64,000 bases of DNA from the human T2T-CHM13v2.0 reference genome, Homo sapiens: the NCBI RefSeq assembly GCF_009914755.1, contig NC_060927.1; one strand, written 5' to 3'. This document shows positions 44,173-57,830 of this stretch, one piece after another. Every line of letters starts with the position of its first letter. The stretch's first letter is position 1. The notes under the pieces are model-generated. The model was not told the origin of the DNA, made no database searches, and worked only from the letters and a program-made list of their open reading frames with translations. The position numbers and the translations under genes were made by a program.

Positions 44173-46339
44173 CCTCAGAATCATAAGACATCATCAGGGT
44201 TGGAAGGATCTGGAGATTGATTTGCCCCACTCCCTCTCAGCAGGACTTAGAGACTGGACACCCTCATTGTAAACTGCACACTGTAACCAGCACACATCCA
44301 TACTATGAGGGGTCTTTTTGCATAACTGTGTGGTCTTAAAAATGTGGCCAATTCTTTCAAGATATATCCAGAATCCTTTAGCCATTTTATTTCCTAGCAT
44401 ACAGCTGTTAGTTGAATGCCACCTGACATAAATTTTGGTGAGTAAATTCCAAAAAAAATTGGGAGGAATATTTCATAAATGTGAAAGCAGGATAAAGTTC
44501 CCAAAAATCTGTGAGCAAGTAGCCAGAGTGATTTATTGTTAAGATTATAACTAAAGAAAAACTTGCCTTGTAACCTCCTGGTTCTAAAAATGCTGAGGCT
44601 AGGCCTACAAAAAAACTTTAGGCTGGTTTCCTCAATTTTTATTTTGACATATTTGTATGATTCAGTTTGTTTGTTTTTAATAAGCTAAATTTAAATAAAA
44701 CCCTCCATAGTTGGCAACTGGCTTCTTGGTTAAATATTTAAATATACTTAGGATTTTTGTTCTTCAGCTCTGTCTAAAAAGTCAGTTGTATAGTAGTTCT
44801 TTACTTGAGGAAGTCAGGAATGCATAACTGTCTGTGCTTCCACGTATAGTCCCACCTTTCAACAGGCAATTTTACTCGCAGTACGTTTTATCAGTTGAAA
44901 GAAGGAAAAACAAACAATTCTATAGCAACCTTGGAATCTTTCTCAGGGCACTAACATGGCTGTATTTCAAAGTACTTAATATTTTCCTAAGAAAGACAAA
45001 GAAGTGCATGGTGCTTATGTTATAATTTCCTAATCAGAAAGGTACAACAACACTTAAAAGGTGATTAGAGTTGCACAATGAAATATTTGTAGTGGTTCTT
45101 TTAGCCATTATGTATCTAAAGTAGAATTTTTACTTTTTGGTCTTCTAAGTTCTGAGAATCAGAATGAGACTTACATGTAGAAATAATTCTTTGATTTGTT
45201 CATATTTTCCTTAAAATCCATCACAATTATTACCAAGGACATTCTTAATCAGCTGTGTGTGTGTTAGGGAGGTATCAGGCTGAGTTGTTCTGTTGCTGCT
45301 TTATACATATTCTTGGATATCATTAATTATTTCCCAGAATAACCTTTACTTTCATAATCAAAGGTATGCTTCTACCTTCGACTTTATATGTATTTTTGGC
45401 TACCTGCTAAGGAGGATTGGGGACAAGGTCATTTTAAGGTGTCACTTAGTCACTTGGAACCATTAGGTTAGAGAACAAAAGTAGGTAAAGTTTATAAAGC
45501 ACAAGGAGCCACCTACTGTAACTGTAGATAGGACTTTTTTCTTATTTACTTCCTTATCTATATTTTCTCTTGCCACTTGCCCTGGTTTCTCTGTGTCCAT
45601 GCTATGTATCGGAAATAGACTATATTACTGGAAAAGGATGATAGTTATACCAGAGCTCTTACTAAATGTTAGAAATTTTTACAGCATCTCATTTAATCCT
45701 AACAATTCTGTGATGGATGCCTGATTATTCTTATTTCTATGGGTAGGGAAATCAGAACTTAGAAAAGTTAAGTAAGTTGCCCAAAGCCACAAAGTTAATA
45801 AGTGGCAGGGCCATGATGCACATGTCCTATTCCTGAGATTTTTTCACTTCTTTATATTATCTTCCGTTTTCACTAGTCTCCCCTGGTGACTTTCCTTCCT
45901 TTTCAGCTACAAAATTTCATTCATCGGATAGTATACTTGAAGTTTTAAAATGTGCTGTTCCCAGCAGGAAGTGGCCCATGGCTGTATGACTATCCCCACT
46001 CACCATTTCCAATATTCGCCTCCCCAGACAGAAAGAGGAATGGAGGCAGCCCACGATTCTCTTTACACGTTTCATATATTCAGAAAAAGCTGTGTGTTAA
46101 ATTCTTTGTTATGTTTTCCTTTTGCTTTGTGCTCATTGAATATGGTGCTGGAGACTTAGGTAAATATTCAAAACAGAGCTATGTATTTGGCCCAAGATTA
46201 AAAGGAGAGTAAAAATAAAGAGAGAGAGAGAGAAAGAAAGAGAGAAAAACTGATCACGGAGACAGTAGTAGCTGGAGGGAGGGGAAGGCTGTCACCCAGG
46301 GATTATTGGGTTTGACTCTGCCCTTGGAATAACTCAAAA

Positions 46340-46812
46340 CTTGTTAAGAGGGATCCAAGCCCTGCTTGGTTTGGCCCACAGTTTCACCTCATGCCCCTCC
46401 CTTTGTCACTCTTTCTGCACCTAACGTGCTGGCCTTGAGTTAAGTCACTTACACTTAACTATTTTCTCTCTCACTCATAGGCCTTTGCCTGTGCTGTGCT
46501 CACTGCTTGGGCCTCTTCCCTCAGCTGTTCACTCAGCTAACTCCCACTTAGCCTTCAGCCCTCAGCTGATACTTCCTGGAGAAGTCCTCCCTGACTTCAT
46601 AACCACATTATACACTCTAGTAGCACTAAGACCTCCTTCTTCTACCAGTAATTACAGTAGCTATTTTACTTACATCTATATTATTATCTAAAGAATTTCA
46701 ACCTCCCCCACTGAACCCTTAGTCCTGTGGGTACAGGACGTGGTCTGTTTGCTCACGGATACCTTGCGCATAGTATGTACTCTGTCGAATGAATGAATGA
46801 TTGAATGAATGA
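46340..46812 (+). mobile_element. L2 3' end with (GAAT)n tail
   Basis: gcctttgcctgtgctgtgctcactgcttgg...gaagtcctccctgac...gaatgaatgaatga. Confidence 0.75.
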
Positions 46813-47098
46813 GGTTGTCTTGAAAGTCATCAAATGATGAGATTTTGTTTTAGTCCAGTCTCCCTGGTAAAAATCGCTTGGACTTGACCTAGTAGAGCTC
46901 ATGTATTTGCAACTCTGTGAGATAGTAGACTAAGAAAGATGAGAAATAGTGATGAAGCAAGTGTTTTTGTACCATCATTGCTGCCTGACCACCTCCCCCA
47001 CCACATATACACAGTCCCCACTATGTTGGGCTTGGCCACCTTATGTCTCTTCCCTAATGACATCCAGTGACTAATTGACCCAATAGGTACCCTTAGAT

Positions 47099-47284
47099 CA
47101 TGGGTCAGCAAACTCTTTCAGTAAGGAGCCAAACAGTAAATATTTTAGGTTTTGCAGTTTCTGCCACAACTACTCAAACTCTATCTTTCCAGAAAGCAGC
47201 TATGGAATGATATACATGTGAATGGCTGTGGCTATGTTCCAATAAAGCTTTATTTACAAAACAGCCATATTTTGCTGACCCTTG
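47099..47284. mobile_element. MER58A-like hAT-Charlie MITE
   Basis: TIRs catgggtcagcaaa / tttgctgacccttg; 8-bp TSD ccttagat (47091-47098) / ccttagac (47285-47292); internal gttccaataaagctttatttacaaaa. Confidence 0.9.
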
Positions 47285-48688
47285 CCTTAGACGAGGTTCT
47301 GAAGTAATAGTGAGAGAACCTATAAGTAAGTCAATCTGCAAGAATACCTGCCCCCACACCCTTAGTTGAAATTTATTTTAAAAATTACTGTTTATTCCAG
47401 TGGACCATATGTAACTGCACATGTGACCTAGGGCCAACTCTGAAGCTGTTAAAGAGAATATATAGATTTGGCACAGGCATCACCAGAGGTTGTTAAGAGT
47501 CGCACAGACCACAGTCTCCTATAGATGTGTTTTTTTTTTTCGTTGACTTAATAAGGGGAATAAGGGTCAATTTCTATTTGAGATCTGATATAGTCTCTGA
47601 TCACAAAATTTGTCTCCTAAATCAAATTAGGGCAGTTTCAATTGGATTATTTTGGCTTAAGCTAGACATCTAAGGTATTTTCATAATGAGCAAATTATCA
47701 CTATACAATTCAAACATTTTCCTCAGCTGTTCTTCTGCCAGTCATTATGTCTGTTCAAGTTGAGGAAACAGAATAATTTTCTGGCTGATCCTACCCCAGC
47801 CCCAAAAATTCCAACTCTGAGAACCAGTGTAAAGAATTCAGGATCTGTGTGGAGTTCATTCATGGTTGGCTTAGTCATTGTGGAATAGAAGCCACAAGGA
47901 ATGGATCATTTACATTCTCAGTTTATTAAACTTCTGGTGCTAGAAAACACTATGCTTTGGTTCTTATAGGCATAGATACACGGCTTTTAAACACATACAC
48001 ACAGAGAGAAAGAGAGCACTGTTCAAGAAGCATGAATTTCCTCTTTCTACCCTATATTTTTAAATAATATCTATAGTTTACTAGCTTTGAGTGAAGAAGG
48101 GAAAAAACAGAAACAGTTATTATTAAATTGCTCATGAATATTCCTAAGAAGAAACACAAGAAAACGTGTCTTACAGATTTTATTTGAATTAGTTAAGGAT
48201 AATTTCAATCTTTATATGTTGGATTGTTTTTCTGCATAATGAAAAAAAGAATGCTATAGAGGTATACCCCCAAAATGGGCAATGGATTGTAGATAGTTTT
48301 GGAAATAACCCAGAATATAGCCTCTCATTGATTTGGTTTTTGTCACTGAACTGAGTGGTCTCTGAACGTGGATTTTCTCATGACTGTTCCTTTTCTCTAT
48401 CAAGTGCCAGAACTTTTTTAAAAATTGTCATCTTGATAAAAATATATTTTAAAGTAATTCATACTTAGCTGCATACTTAAAGGTCAATGCTATGTATATA
48501 AACAGCATATGAAGTATTAAATAATATTATCTTTTTGTATTTCATTTTCTACTTCCTCTGTGTTGTCAACAATCATTTATTTATATTGGTTAAGTTATTG
48601 GTTAAGCTATAACCAATCGTTTCTTTGTTCCTCTGACCTGCTTCTACCTTCTACCCTATGTCTAGTTTTTGCTTCTAGACATAGGGCA

Positions 48689-48761
48689 AACCAATGAAAT
48701 TCTAAGGAAGTAGAATTTCTTAGACTGAGAAATCAGATAACCAATGAAATTCTAAGGAAGT
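48689..48761 (+). repeat. 23-bp perfect direct repeat (period 50) with an overlapping 9-bp inverted repeat
   Basis: aaccaatgaaattctaaggaagt at 48689-48711 and 48739-48761. Confidence 0.9.
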
Positions 48762-49906
48762 GAAGTAGTGCAGAGGTTCTGAGGGTGCAGTTTGAGGTAC
48801 AGATGCCTTTATGTCACTTTGTCTGGACTGGAGTTGTATAATTATTATGTCCTAGGAAGGTGGCAGTTGATCTGTCTCTATTTCATGCCACGTTGGACCA
48901 TTTTACCTTTGAATGGGGTCCTAAATCCTTGCATTTTTAAAGAATTCAATAAAATCCAACCAGTCTTTTCTAAGATGACTTTGTGAGGGCTGTTCCTATT
49001 GTCTTGCTAATAGGAAGATGCTATAAATATATTTGAAACACTGATTACTTGTCATTTCTACTGGAATGTGCTTTTCATAGATAATGAAACCACAGTGATG
49101 GCCTTTCCTAGAAACTCAGTCTATACTGACAGAGAACTGCCCAAACAGTCCACATAGGCAATTAGCTAGCTTATTCAGTTGTGCCCTTTCATGAGGAATC
49201 CTGTCTTCCTTGATCCACAAATAGTCTGCCCATGCTGGAGGCAGAAGGCACCAAGGCATACCTCCCACACTGACCTGCTCTGTGGTTGACCAGTGCCTCT
49301 CTTCCCACATTGTAAGTCTCTTAAAGCTCCCCTGCAGTCTTCTTAGAAGTTGCATTCCTTATTTTTGTTGCACCCTTAAGAGAGTTACCTTGTTGTACAT
49401 GTGACCCTCAAGGAGGAGAAGGTGGTGGCATCTCAGTTTGTAGCAGCCTTAGGCTAAGCAAGCTGTATGAGGGCTCATCTCACTTAACACTTCAGTAACT
49501 GTGAGGTACAAATATTGGTCTTCATATTTCACAGGTGACAAACTTGAAGATCAGGAAGCTGAAGTCCATGCCCAACATCACATAGCTAAGAAATAGTAGA
49601 GCTGGGCTTTGAGCCCAGGTCATCTAATTCCACAGCCCAGGTTCTCTCTGATACCCCATCCTGCTGCCAAGAGGGAGTATAATATTCATGCTAGACACAC
49701 TTTGGGCCAGTATCTCACATAATAATCCAGCCACACTGTGAGATAGGTATCATAATGGCTCCCAGTTTAACACAAACAAGGGACATTAGGAAACTTGATG
49801 ACAGTCACTCATCAGTTAATGGCAAAACCAGAAAAAGAACTCAACCTCTGTTTGACTCTCAGTTTCTCTAAGCCTCAATTTCCTCATTATAAAATAAGAA
49901 TAACTG

Positions 49907-50367
<461 letters not shown>

Positions 50368-51716
50368 TTACAAAGATTCCATTATATAATGGTAAATGAA
50401 AGGGTATCTTCTCTCACTTAAAACAGAAAATTAGATCAAGTGCTGGGTAATTTGTCTTTCATCACCTAAGTGATTACACAAGTGGTTTCAAGGCCCCTTT
50501 CAATTCTATGGCTGTATCATTCTAGCAATGGGGTGCTGTTTTTTCTATTAAGAACCTGCAGGTCAGAACTCAAGTCTTCTCTGTAGTAATAAAGTGGCAT
50601 GCTCACACAGAAGATGGAACAGAGCTATTAGCAAAACTTAGTAAAGACTTTGATTTTCAGAGTTGTAAATGACAAGGAGTATAAACAGAGACCTACGGAA
50701 TATTTGTTTCTCATGGAAAGATACCTACAACATTTTTAAAAGATGAAAACAAAGGCTAGATAATTGATTTTTTTAGCGAAGGCATTTAAGAAAATATTTG
50801 CTTTGTGCTTGGCTCTGGGGGATAATAGAAGTAATTATTAAACCGGAATTTAGTGGCCCAAGTTGAATCAGGAAGCCAGTTCCTCAGAACAGTTCCCAGC
50901 AATGCTTGAGAACTCTAACAAGATATACAGCCAAAGCCAGACACTTTTTTACTTGTGAAAGACTGTGAAAAAAATTAATCATATTTTCCTGGAGCTCCGT
51001 TAGTCTTGCCTATCAAACTCTTTGATGATAATGAAATAACTTCCTGGAGCATTGATGATGAAGATCCTTCAGTGCCAATGTATTTAATTGCTTGATTTTA
51101 CATAGAGTATGGTCATGTACCTTCCTTCCACATTAGTGTATCCTGGAAGGAAATAAGATGGAATTTCGAATGGCCTGTTCTCCATTTTCACAGATTACAG
51201 ATATTCCCCCTCCAGGAAACTACATCCCATCCCACCCTTGAATTAAACGCATCTTCTCTGTTCTCCCATATAACCTATGTAGACTTCTTACATAGCGCTT
51301 ACCACATTGTTATGACGTATTTACTTGCCTAACTCCCGGACTTGACCTTGGAGTCCTTGGCTAGGTTGTAAGGTGCCTGCCACTTCAGAGTTATTCAGTA
51401 AGTGTTCATTGACTGACACGTTTTTAAGTTTCCAGCTTCAAATGGGTCCTGTCAATAATAGATTTATTCATTCCTTATTGCCTCTGTCTCATTGCTAAGC
51501 CATGATTCCAAAGCTTTAACACTCTTTTCATGCCCTTTCTTCCACTTATTCCTTAACCACTCTCACCCTTCACAAACACCTTCACCTTCCTCACCTTTCT
51601 TCTTTGTTGCTTTCCTTCCTCTGCCCCCAACACCTCTTCACATCTTTACACATGTTCTCCTTTTCCTGTCTTTGGAAGTATTGCTCTTGGTTTCCGATTC
51701 TGTCCCCTCCATCTAA

Positions 51717-52009
<293 letters not shown>

Positions 52010-53054
52010 ACCTCCATGTAAGCTTTGGATCATAAGCATCGCCTCTTAAATCTTGCCCATCAAATACCCCCTTCCCTTCTGTAGCTGTAGTTTCTTTCTC
52101 ACTATTGGTTCTTTTTCCACAACTTTATAACACGCCCAGTGGTCCCACTTTCTAATAAAATCTCCCTTTCCCTGCTCCCCACTCTGCCAGTTTCTCTTCC
52201 ATCTTCACATTGCCTGAATTCATTGTACTCATCTCCTAATTTCCCACCCCCGACTTACAGTCCAGCTTCTGCCCTCACCAATGGCTTCCTAATTTCCAAA
52301 TCCAGGAACCTCTTCTTAAAGAGGTCTTCCTACCTATTTCTGTCCAGGGCTCTAGCTGGATTTAATAATGCTGTCTTTTTCCCAGCTGCCCAAGCTAGAA
52401 ATCTTGATGCTATTTTGTACCTCCTCTTAACCCTGCTTAACATACTGTAAGAATAAAAATACTTGTGTTTATGTTTGTACATTTATTTTTTATTTGATAT
52501 ACAGCAAAAAAAATACTGTATGAAGTAGAGGAGTGACAAAACATTCATCAGGGTGATCTGATTTGGCAGTGAAAGGGCCAAGCCGGTGATAAAGCATGGA
52601 AAGTAGTAACAGCAGCGAATGAACCACATGCATTGTATGCATAGCAGCTATTCTTAAGAATTCTGATTTCCACATATTCTAAGCATTAACAGAAAGTATT
52701 TAGTTGAAGAAAGCCAACCCAACCAAGACTTGAAGCCAGAATGTTGTTTTTTTCACAAATAGTTGTGATATTTTTGAAATGCTAACACAAAATTATGTAT
52801 CTACACATATGTGTGTATATATATATAGAGAGAGAGACATGAAAGATCCTCATTAGGTTTCTGTGTGGTAATATCATCAGACATCTTTTAAGGAACAAAA
52901 CAATGCTCTTAATCACTTCTTTAATACCGTAAACAGTTGGAATTTTCACCCTCTGGGGCCTCCTATGAACCTCTGCAGAGTAGTTCAGCCGTCAGACTGG
53001 AAATTAAGCTAATCAGTAGTTACTTGGCACTTCTCCTTTTCTCTTTTCTTTCTT

Positions 53055-53056
<2 letters not shown>

Positions 53057-53096
<40 letters not shown>
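53057..53096 (+). repeat. T40 homopolymer preceded by (CTTT)n
   Basis: Read directly; no Alu or L1 body directly attached. Confidence 0.95.
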
Positions 53097-53097
<1 letters not shown>

Positions 53098-53108
53098 GTG
53101 TGTGTGTT

Positions 53109-53430
53109 TGTTTGGAACTTGTTTAATGAAAACACAGGTTCCATTCAGTGATATAAAGCAGCACATCACAAAGCTTTTTCACACATAGCTTGTTTTTAGT
53201 TCTTAGGCCTGGATATTTGTATGTTCTTAATATAGGCCTAATAACAGCTGAAATGTCATTTTTTAGATTCAACAAAACCTGTGTTTGGAACCTGTTTAAT
53301 GAAAACACAGGTTTCTTTCAGTGATATGAAACAGCACATCACAAAGCATTTTCCAAGATAGCCTCTTTTTAGTTATTAGGGCTGGATATTCATATGTTTA
53401 TATAAAGGCTCAATGGGCTCAGAAATGTCA
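53109..53430 (+). repeat. Diverged tandem duplication, ~150-bp unit, period 173
   Basis: tgtttggaac(t/c)tgtttaatgaaaacacaggtt...cagcacatcacaaagc...gaaatgtca at 53109-53258 and 53282-53430. Confidence 0.92.
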
Positions 53431-53434
53431 CTTC

Positions 53435-53577
53435 TTTTTTTTTTTCAATTTAAATTAATTTAATTTTAATTTCCAGGATACATGTGCAGGATGTGCAGGT
53501 TTGTTACATAGGTGAATCTGTGCCGTGGTGGTTTGCTGCAGCTATCAACCCATCACCTAGGTATTAAGCCCTGCATG

Positions 53578-53580
<3 letters not shown>
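53435..53580 (-). mobile_element. Primate L1PA 3' terminus, severely 5'-truncated
   Basis: gatacatgtgcaggatgtgcaggtttgttacatagg...gtggtttgctgca...tcaacccatcacctaggtattaagccc. Confidence 0.9.

Positions 53581-53614
<34 letters not shown>
53579..53614 (+). repeat. (ATT)12 microsatellite
   Basis: Read directly. Confidence 0.95.
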
Positions 53615-54511
53615 TGAAGGTAACATGGAGGTTTAGTTTGAATTTAAGAGAACAGTAACAGAAAGGGAAAATAACCAGCCACCCAGGGTCTATTTTTAAC
53701 TGCCACGGCTTGAGCAGAGCCATGAAGAGAGAGAACTAGGGCCTGTTAATGCCAGCCATGAAAAAGCTGCTACAGTGGGCAGTGTGTGACTGAGCCCAGC
53801 AGGAAAGTGCTTACATAGCACTCAGGCCCACCTTTCAAGGACCATGCAAAGAAAGGAGACATTTGAGAGCCAACAAGAATTATAACATGTATGTGCCACA
53901 GAAGGGTAGGAGGAATTCCACGGGGAAATGGTCACATGGGTCTACGGTTAGTAGAATTAGACAACATTTCAGAATACACTTCCAGTGAAGCTTGGTTTGA
54001 ATCTTGGTACTCTTGCAGGAGAAGAAGAGAGCTGGGGGCAGAGCAGGCAGTGTGAGGCATAGAGGCATGAGCCAGCAGGGCTCCTTCAGGGAACAGCAGT
54101 GTGGATCATGGGGCTAGAGCTTGAGGTTTTGGAGAGGCTGGTGATGTAGTGGAACAGGCAGAGAAGGGACCAGAGGAGATGTCAAAATGAACTGGAGATA
54201 GCTGTACTAGTTTGGCATCTTAAAGAATTTTGGCTTTACACTTAGGCAGTGGGAAGCTATTAGTTGTCTCTAAGCAAGTTTTCTTGTCTCTAAAATGGAA
54301 ATAATGAGCTCTATACCACTGGATTCTTGTGTGTAAAAACAGCAAATTATCATGCCTTGGTAACTATTTGTTCCTTCATTTTTTTAATCCGATAAATTAT
54401 TGAAATAGGTTATAAATGTAACAGAATTTGAAAACACATCAGGATATGATGGTAATTTAAAAAAAATTCATTGTGTAAATGTTCAAGTAGTTTCCATTTT
54501 TCCCAAACTTT

Positions 54512-54812
54512 ATTTTTATTTTATTTTTTGAGGCAGAGTCTCACTCTCTTGCCCAGGTTAGAGTATAGTGGCACAACTTCAGCTCACTGCAACCTCCAAC
54601 TCCCAGGTTACAAGTGATTCTCATGCCTCAGCCTCCTGAGTAGTTGGGATTACAGATGTGCAGCACTGTGCCCAGCTAATTTTTGTATTTTTAGCAGAGG
54701 CGGGGTTTCGCCATGCTGGCCAGGCTGGTCTCGAACTCCTGTCCTCTTGTGATCTGCCTGACTCAGACTCCCAAAGTGCTGGGATTACAGGCGTGAGCCA
54801 CCGGGCCTGGCC
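54512..54812 (-). mobile_element. AluS/J
   Basis: Full dimer; degenerate TSD atttt..caaacttta. Confidence 0.92.
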
Positions 54813-55624
54813 ATTTTCCTCAAACTTTAAATATTTTATTTTCTATATAAATATTAAAAAGAAGAGGAATTAAGTCATTTAATTTGTGTGTAGCTCTAAT
54901 TCATTACATGGGTTGTATCAATTTTCTGAGCCTTAGTTTTCCACGTGTATAATTTCTTTAGCAGTCTGATAAATTGAATTTAGTAATCTGTAGACCAAAA
55001 TGCTATAGACTTTTAGAGATGGAACAAAATTAGTTGTAATAAAGATGCTTATTTTCTAACAGACTCCAATAAATAGAGCAATAATGAGTCTCCACTGGAT
55101 TATCACATTAGCTCCCAGAGGACATGGGATAATTGTATAGAAAACAATTAAAGGAAGGGATTGTACTAATGTAATTTTTTTAGAATTACCCAACAGTAAG
55201 ATTATGAGCATGGTTCTTGACTGAGCCCCCCAGCCCACTCAGTGTAGTAGGACTAAAACTCAGACCACTCCCATTGTACAAAGGAGATGCATTCAATGCA
55301 TTCAGATGGCTAACATCTGTCACTTGCAGAAAAAAAGATGGGAGTTAGGCCTAGCTGTTCCTTTCACCTTTCCTCCTTTCCTGCCTCCCTCCTTCATTTA
55401 TAAATTGTCTAAAGTGTGTATAGCATTATGCCTCTCAATGTTATAACGATTGGCTCCATCCCGACCTGGGTTAAGTTTAACATTGAAAAATTAGTGGTAG
55501 CTCACAACCTGCCAAGTACCGGAGAGAAGTAGTTCTTTTCTCTCCAAGATGTTTGACATCTTGGAAACGGCAGTTTCTGTGTGTTTTTCTAGTTAGAGTA
55601 GCCACCTTTACACACCTAGTTTTT

Positions 55625-55770
55625 GTTATTCCTCTCAACAACACTATGAGGTAGGTTTTAGGATCCCCATTTTACAGATGAGGAAAACGAGGGCTCCAAA
55701 AAGTTAAGTGGCAGAACCTGGATGTCAGATCAAACACTGTAACTCCCAGCCCAGCCCTCTTTACCACAGC
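55625..55770 (-). mobile_element. MIR
   Basis: caacaacactatgaggtagg...ccccattttacagatgaggaaaacgagg. Confidence 0.8.
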
Positions 55771-57229
55771 TGCTCCTCAATTAGGCAGCCCAAGTGTTTG
55801 TCCCTACCCACAGGGGAAAAATCAAAGATTTTGAACACTAGTAGAAGCAACATTCTGATTAGGAATATAAAAGATTACAGCGTGAAGTGAAATAATCTCC
55901 CTCCTCACCTCCTGTAGGTCTTGCCCAAATCATTCTTTAGCATCTTCTTCTATCCCTCCCTCCTACAGTCTTTTTACCTACTTCCTAATCATTAGATTGA
56001 CATCTCAAGGTAGGGGAGAAGTAGGGGAGTCCAGAGTCCTGGTACTGGGATTGAGGGGAGGAACACTTTCACTTTCAGGGCTATTGTTCTTGCTTTCCTT
56101 TGGATGAAGTAGTATTTTCTGTTATTGATTTTATGTTTACTTACTGTCTGAATTGAATACTGTTAATTTATGTGCCCTTGGCTCTAAAGCTCTGGTTATA
56201 TATTTTTGTGTTGTTAATATTTTTAATTGGTGTTTCTAAAGTAAATGTACTCTGTGTGTTTGGCAGACCAACAAAGTGAAATGTAAAAAGAGTCTATTTT
56301 TAAAAGTAACCATATAAGGTGAAAAGTCCCTTTTTGTGTGGGTGTGTGCATGCGTGTGTGCAGATCGCAGGTTTTATCAGGAACATATTCGTTAATATTT
56401 ATTGTCACAGTTTACAGTGTGCCCCTTGAGTCCCTCTGGATTATGCACAGCCCAAATGACGTAACCTTGGAAAATGCAATAAATCTAAAGTTGGAAACCA
56501 CTTCTAATAGGAAGTTTCTTGAAAGTTGTAAAGTTAAATTGCCTCTTCCAGGATGAGGGAGGTGGTGCGGAGAATGCCCGAGGGGATCCGGACTTGCCTC
56601 TTGCGGGTGTTATCCCCTGTGTTGGAATGCTGGGTTTGTGGGTTGGATTATTTTGTTTTGTTTTGTTTGAAATCCTCTGAGTATTTTTTTAACCCCAATA
56701 CTCCATGGGGTGGCAAGCTTATATATATACCTTAAAATGTAACCTTTGATCATCCCTTTATGTATCTACAATGACTCTTATGCTATATATGCATACCCAG
56801 GAGCCCAGAAGTATAATTTAATTCATCAGAATCTTAACTTTGCAAGGAGACAGGCATTATGTAGTTCATTTTGCCAGCCCATGTGTGAACCCATCCAGTG
56901 ACGTGCAGCTGAATACTGGTCAAAGTATCCCATGTTTTACATTTTAGGACATTCTTTGCCATATTATTTTGGGGAGCTGGAAAGGCTCCTGGGAACCGAT
57001 ACCTTTGGCCCTGGTGCCTCTTTTTGAAGCTACTTAGAATATTCTTTTATAAGTGATTTAGTCTAAAAAAAATTTTTTAAGAATATTCTTCTCCTTCCAA
57101 GACATTTGTAGATATTTAAAGATAATGACACCGATCTTGCCTTTCCCCCTTTCTAGATGTCAAACATCTTTAGGTCTGCCAACCTATTTTCTTATGTCAT
57201 AGTTCGTTTGTACATTTGTAGAGCACAAA

Positions 57230-57830
57230 CCGGGTATGCATTAGACACAGCTAGAAACTAGGGAAGCACTGAGGACCAAGTAGTCTGTGATTCCTGCCCT
57301 TCAGGAACTTCTGATCTATTAATAGCAGAGTGGCAAGGGCTATTATAGGGGCCCCAAATTTAGCCTTGCTGATTGGGGGTTAGGGATGTCGAGGAAATTT
57401 TTCTGCAGGACACACCACACAAGCAAAGTCCTGAAGAGTACTATGAGTTACCCAAGGAAGCGAGATGAATGAGGAGAGGAAGGTATTCCAGGAAGGACTG
57501 GCTTGCTGGAAAGGCTGAAGGTGAGGGGATGCGTGGTGAGTTCAGGGAAGTGAGGGTGGTTCATTGTGGTTGAGGCACTAAGTGGGAGGTGAGGAGTGGG
57601 GAAAACAGATGCAGAAATGCTAGGGCAGAAACCAGGGCTAACAGTGGGAAGATGAGGTCGCATGTGATGGGAGAGTGGAAGATGATGGGCAGTCCTCATC
57701 AGGAAGGATATTTATTGTTCTCTTGGGAACATAATTACTATGGGCAACATAAAAGGTTCTGCATGAGGTCATTTAGGTTTTGGAATATTTTGTATATTAT
57801 CTTTTGTTGTTAGAGAAAGGATATATTCAG
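57230..57830 (-). mobile_element. L2 fragment
   Basis: cctgcccttcaggaacttctgatcta...gaggaaggtattccagg...; purine-rich antisense L2 pattern. Confidence 0.55.

Noticed and set aside
43624-44272. Long ORFs of 120-186 aa (K/R/E/G-rich and F/L/S/P-rich)
   Set aside because: Artefacts of the stop-free polypurine tract plus the adjacent Alu.
48689-48761. Repeat-spacer-repeat layout (23/27/23) superficially like CRISPR
   Set aside because: Only two units, eukaryotic intron and no cas genes; better explained by template switching.
56540-56620. Small local CpG enrichment
   Set aside because: Only a few CpGs over ~80 bp, far below CpG-island size; no promoter can be called.
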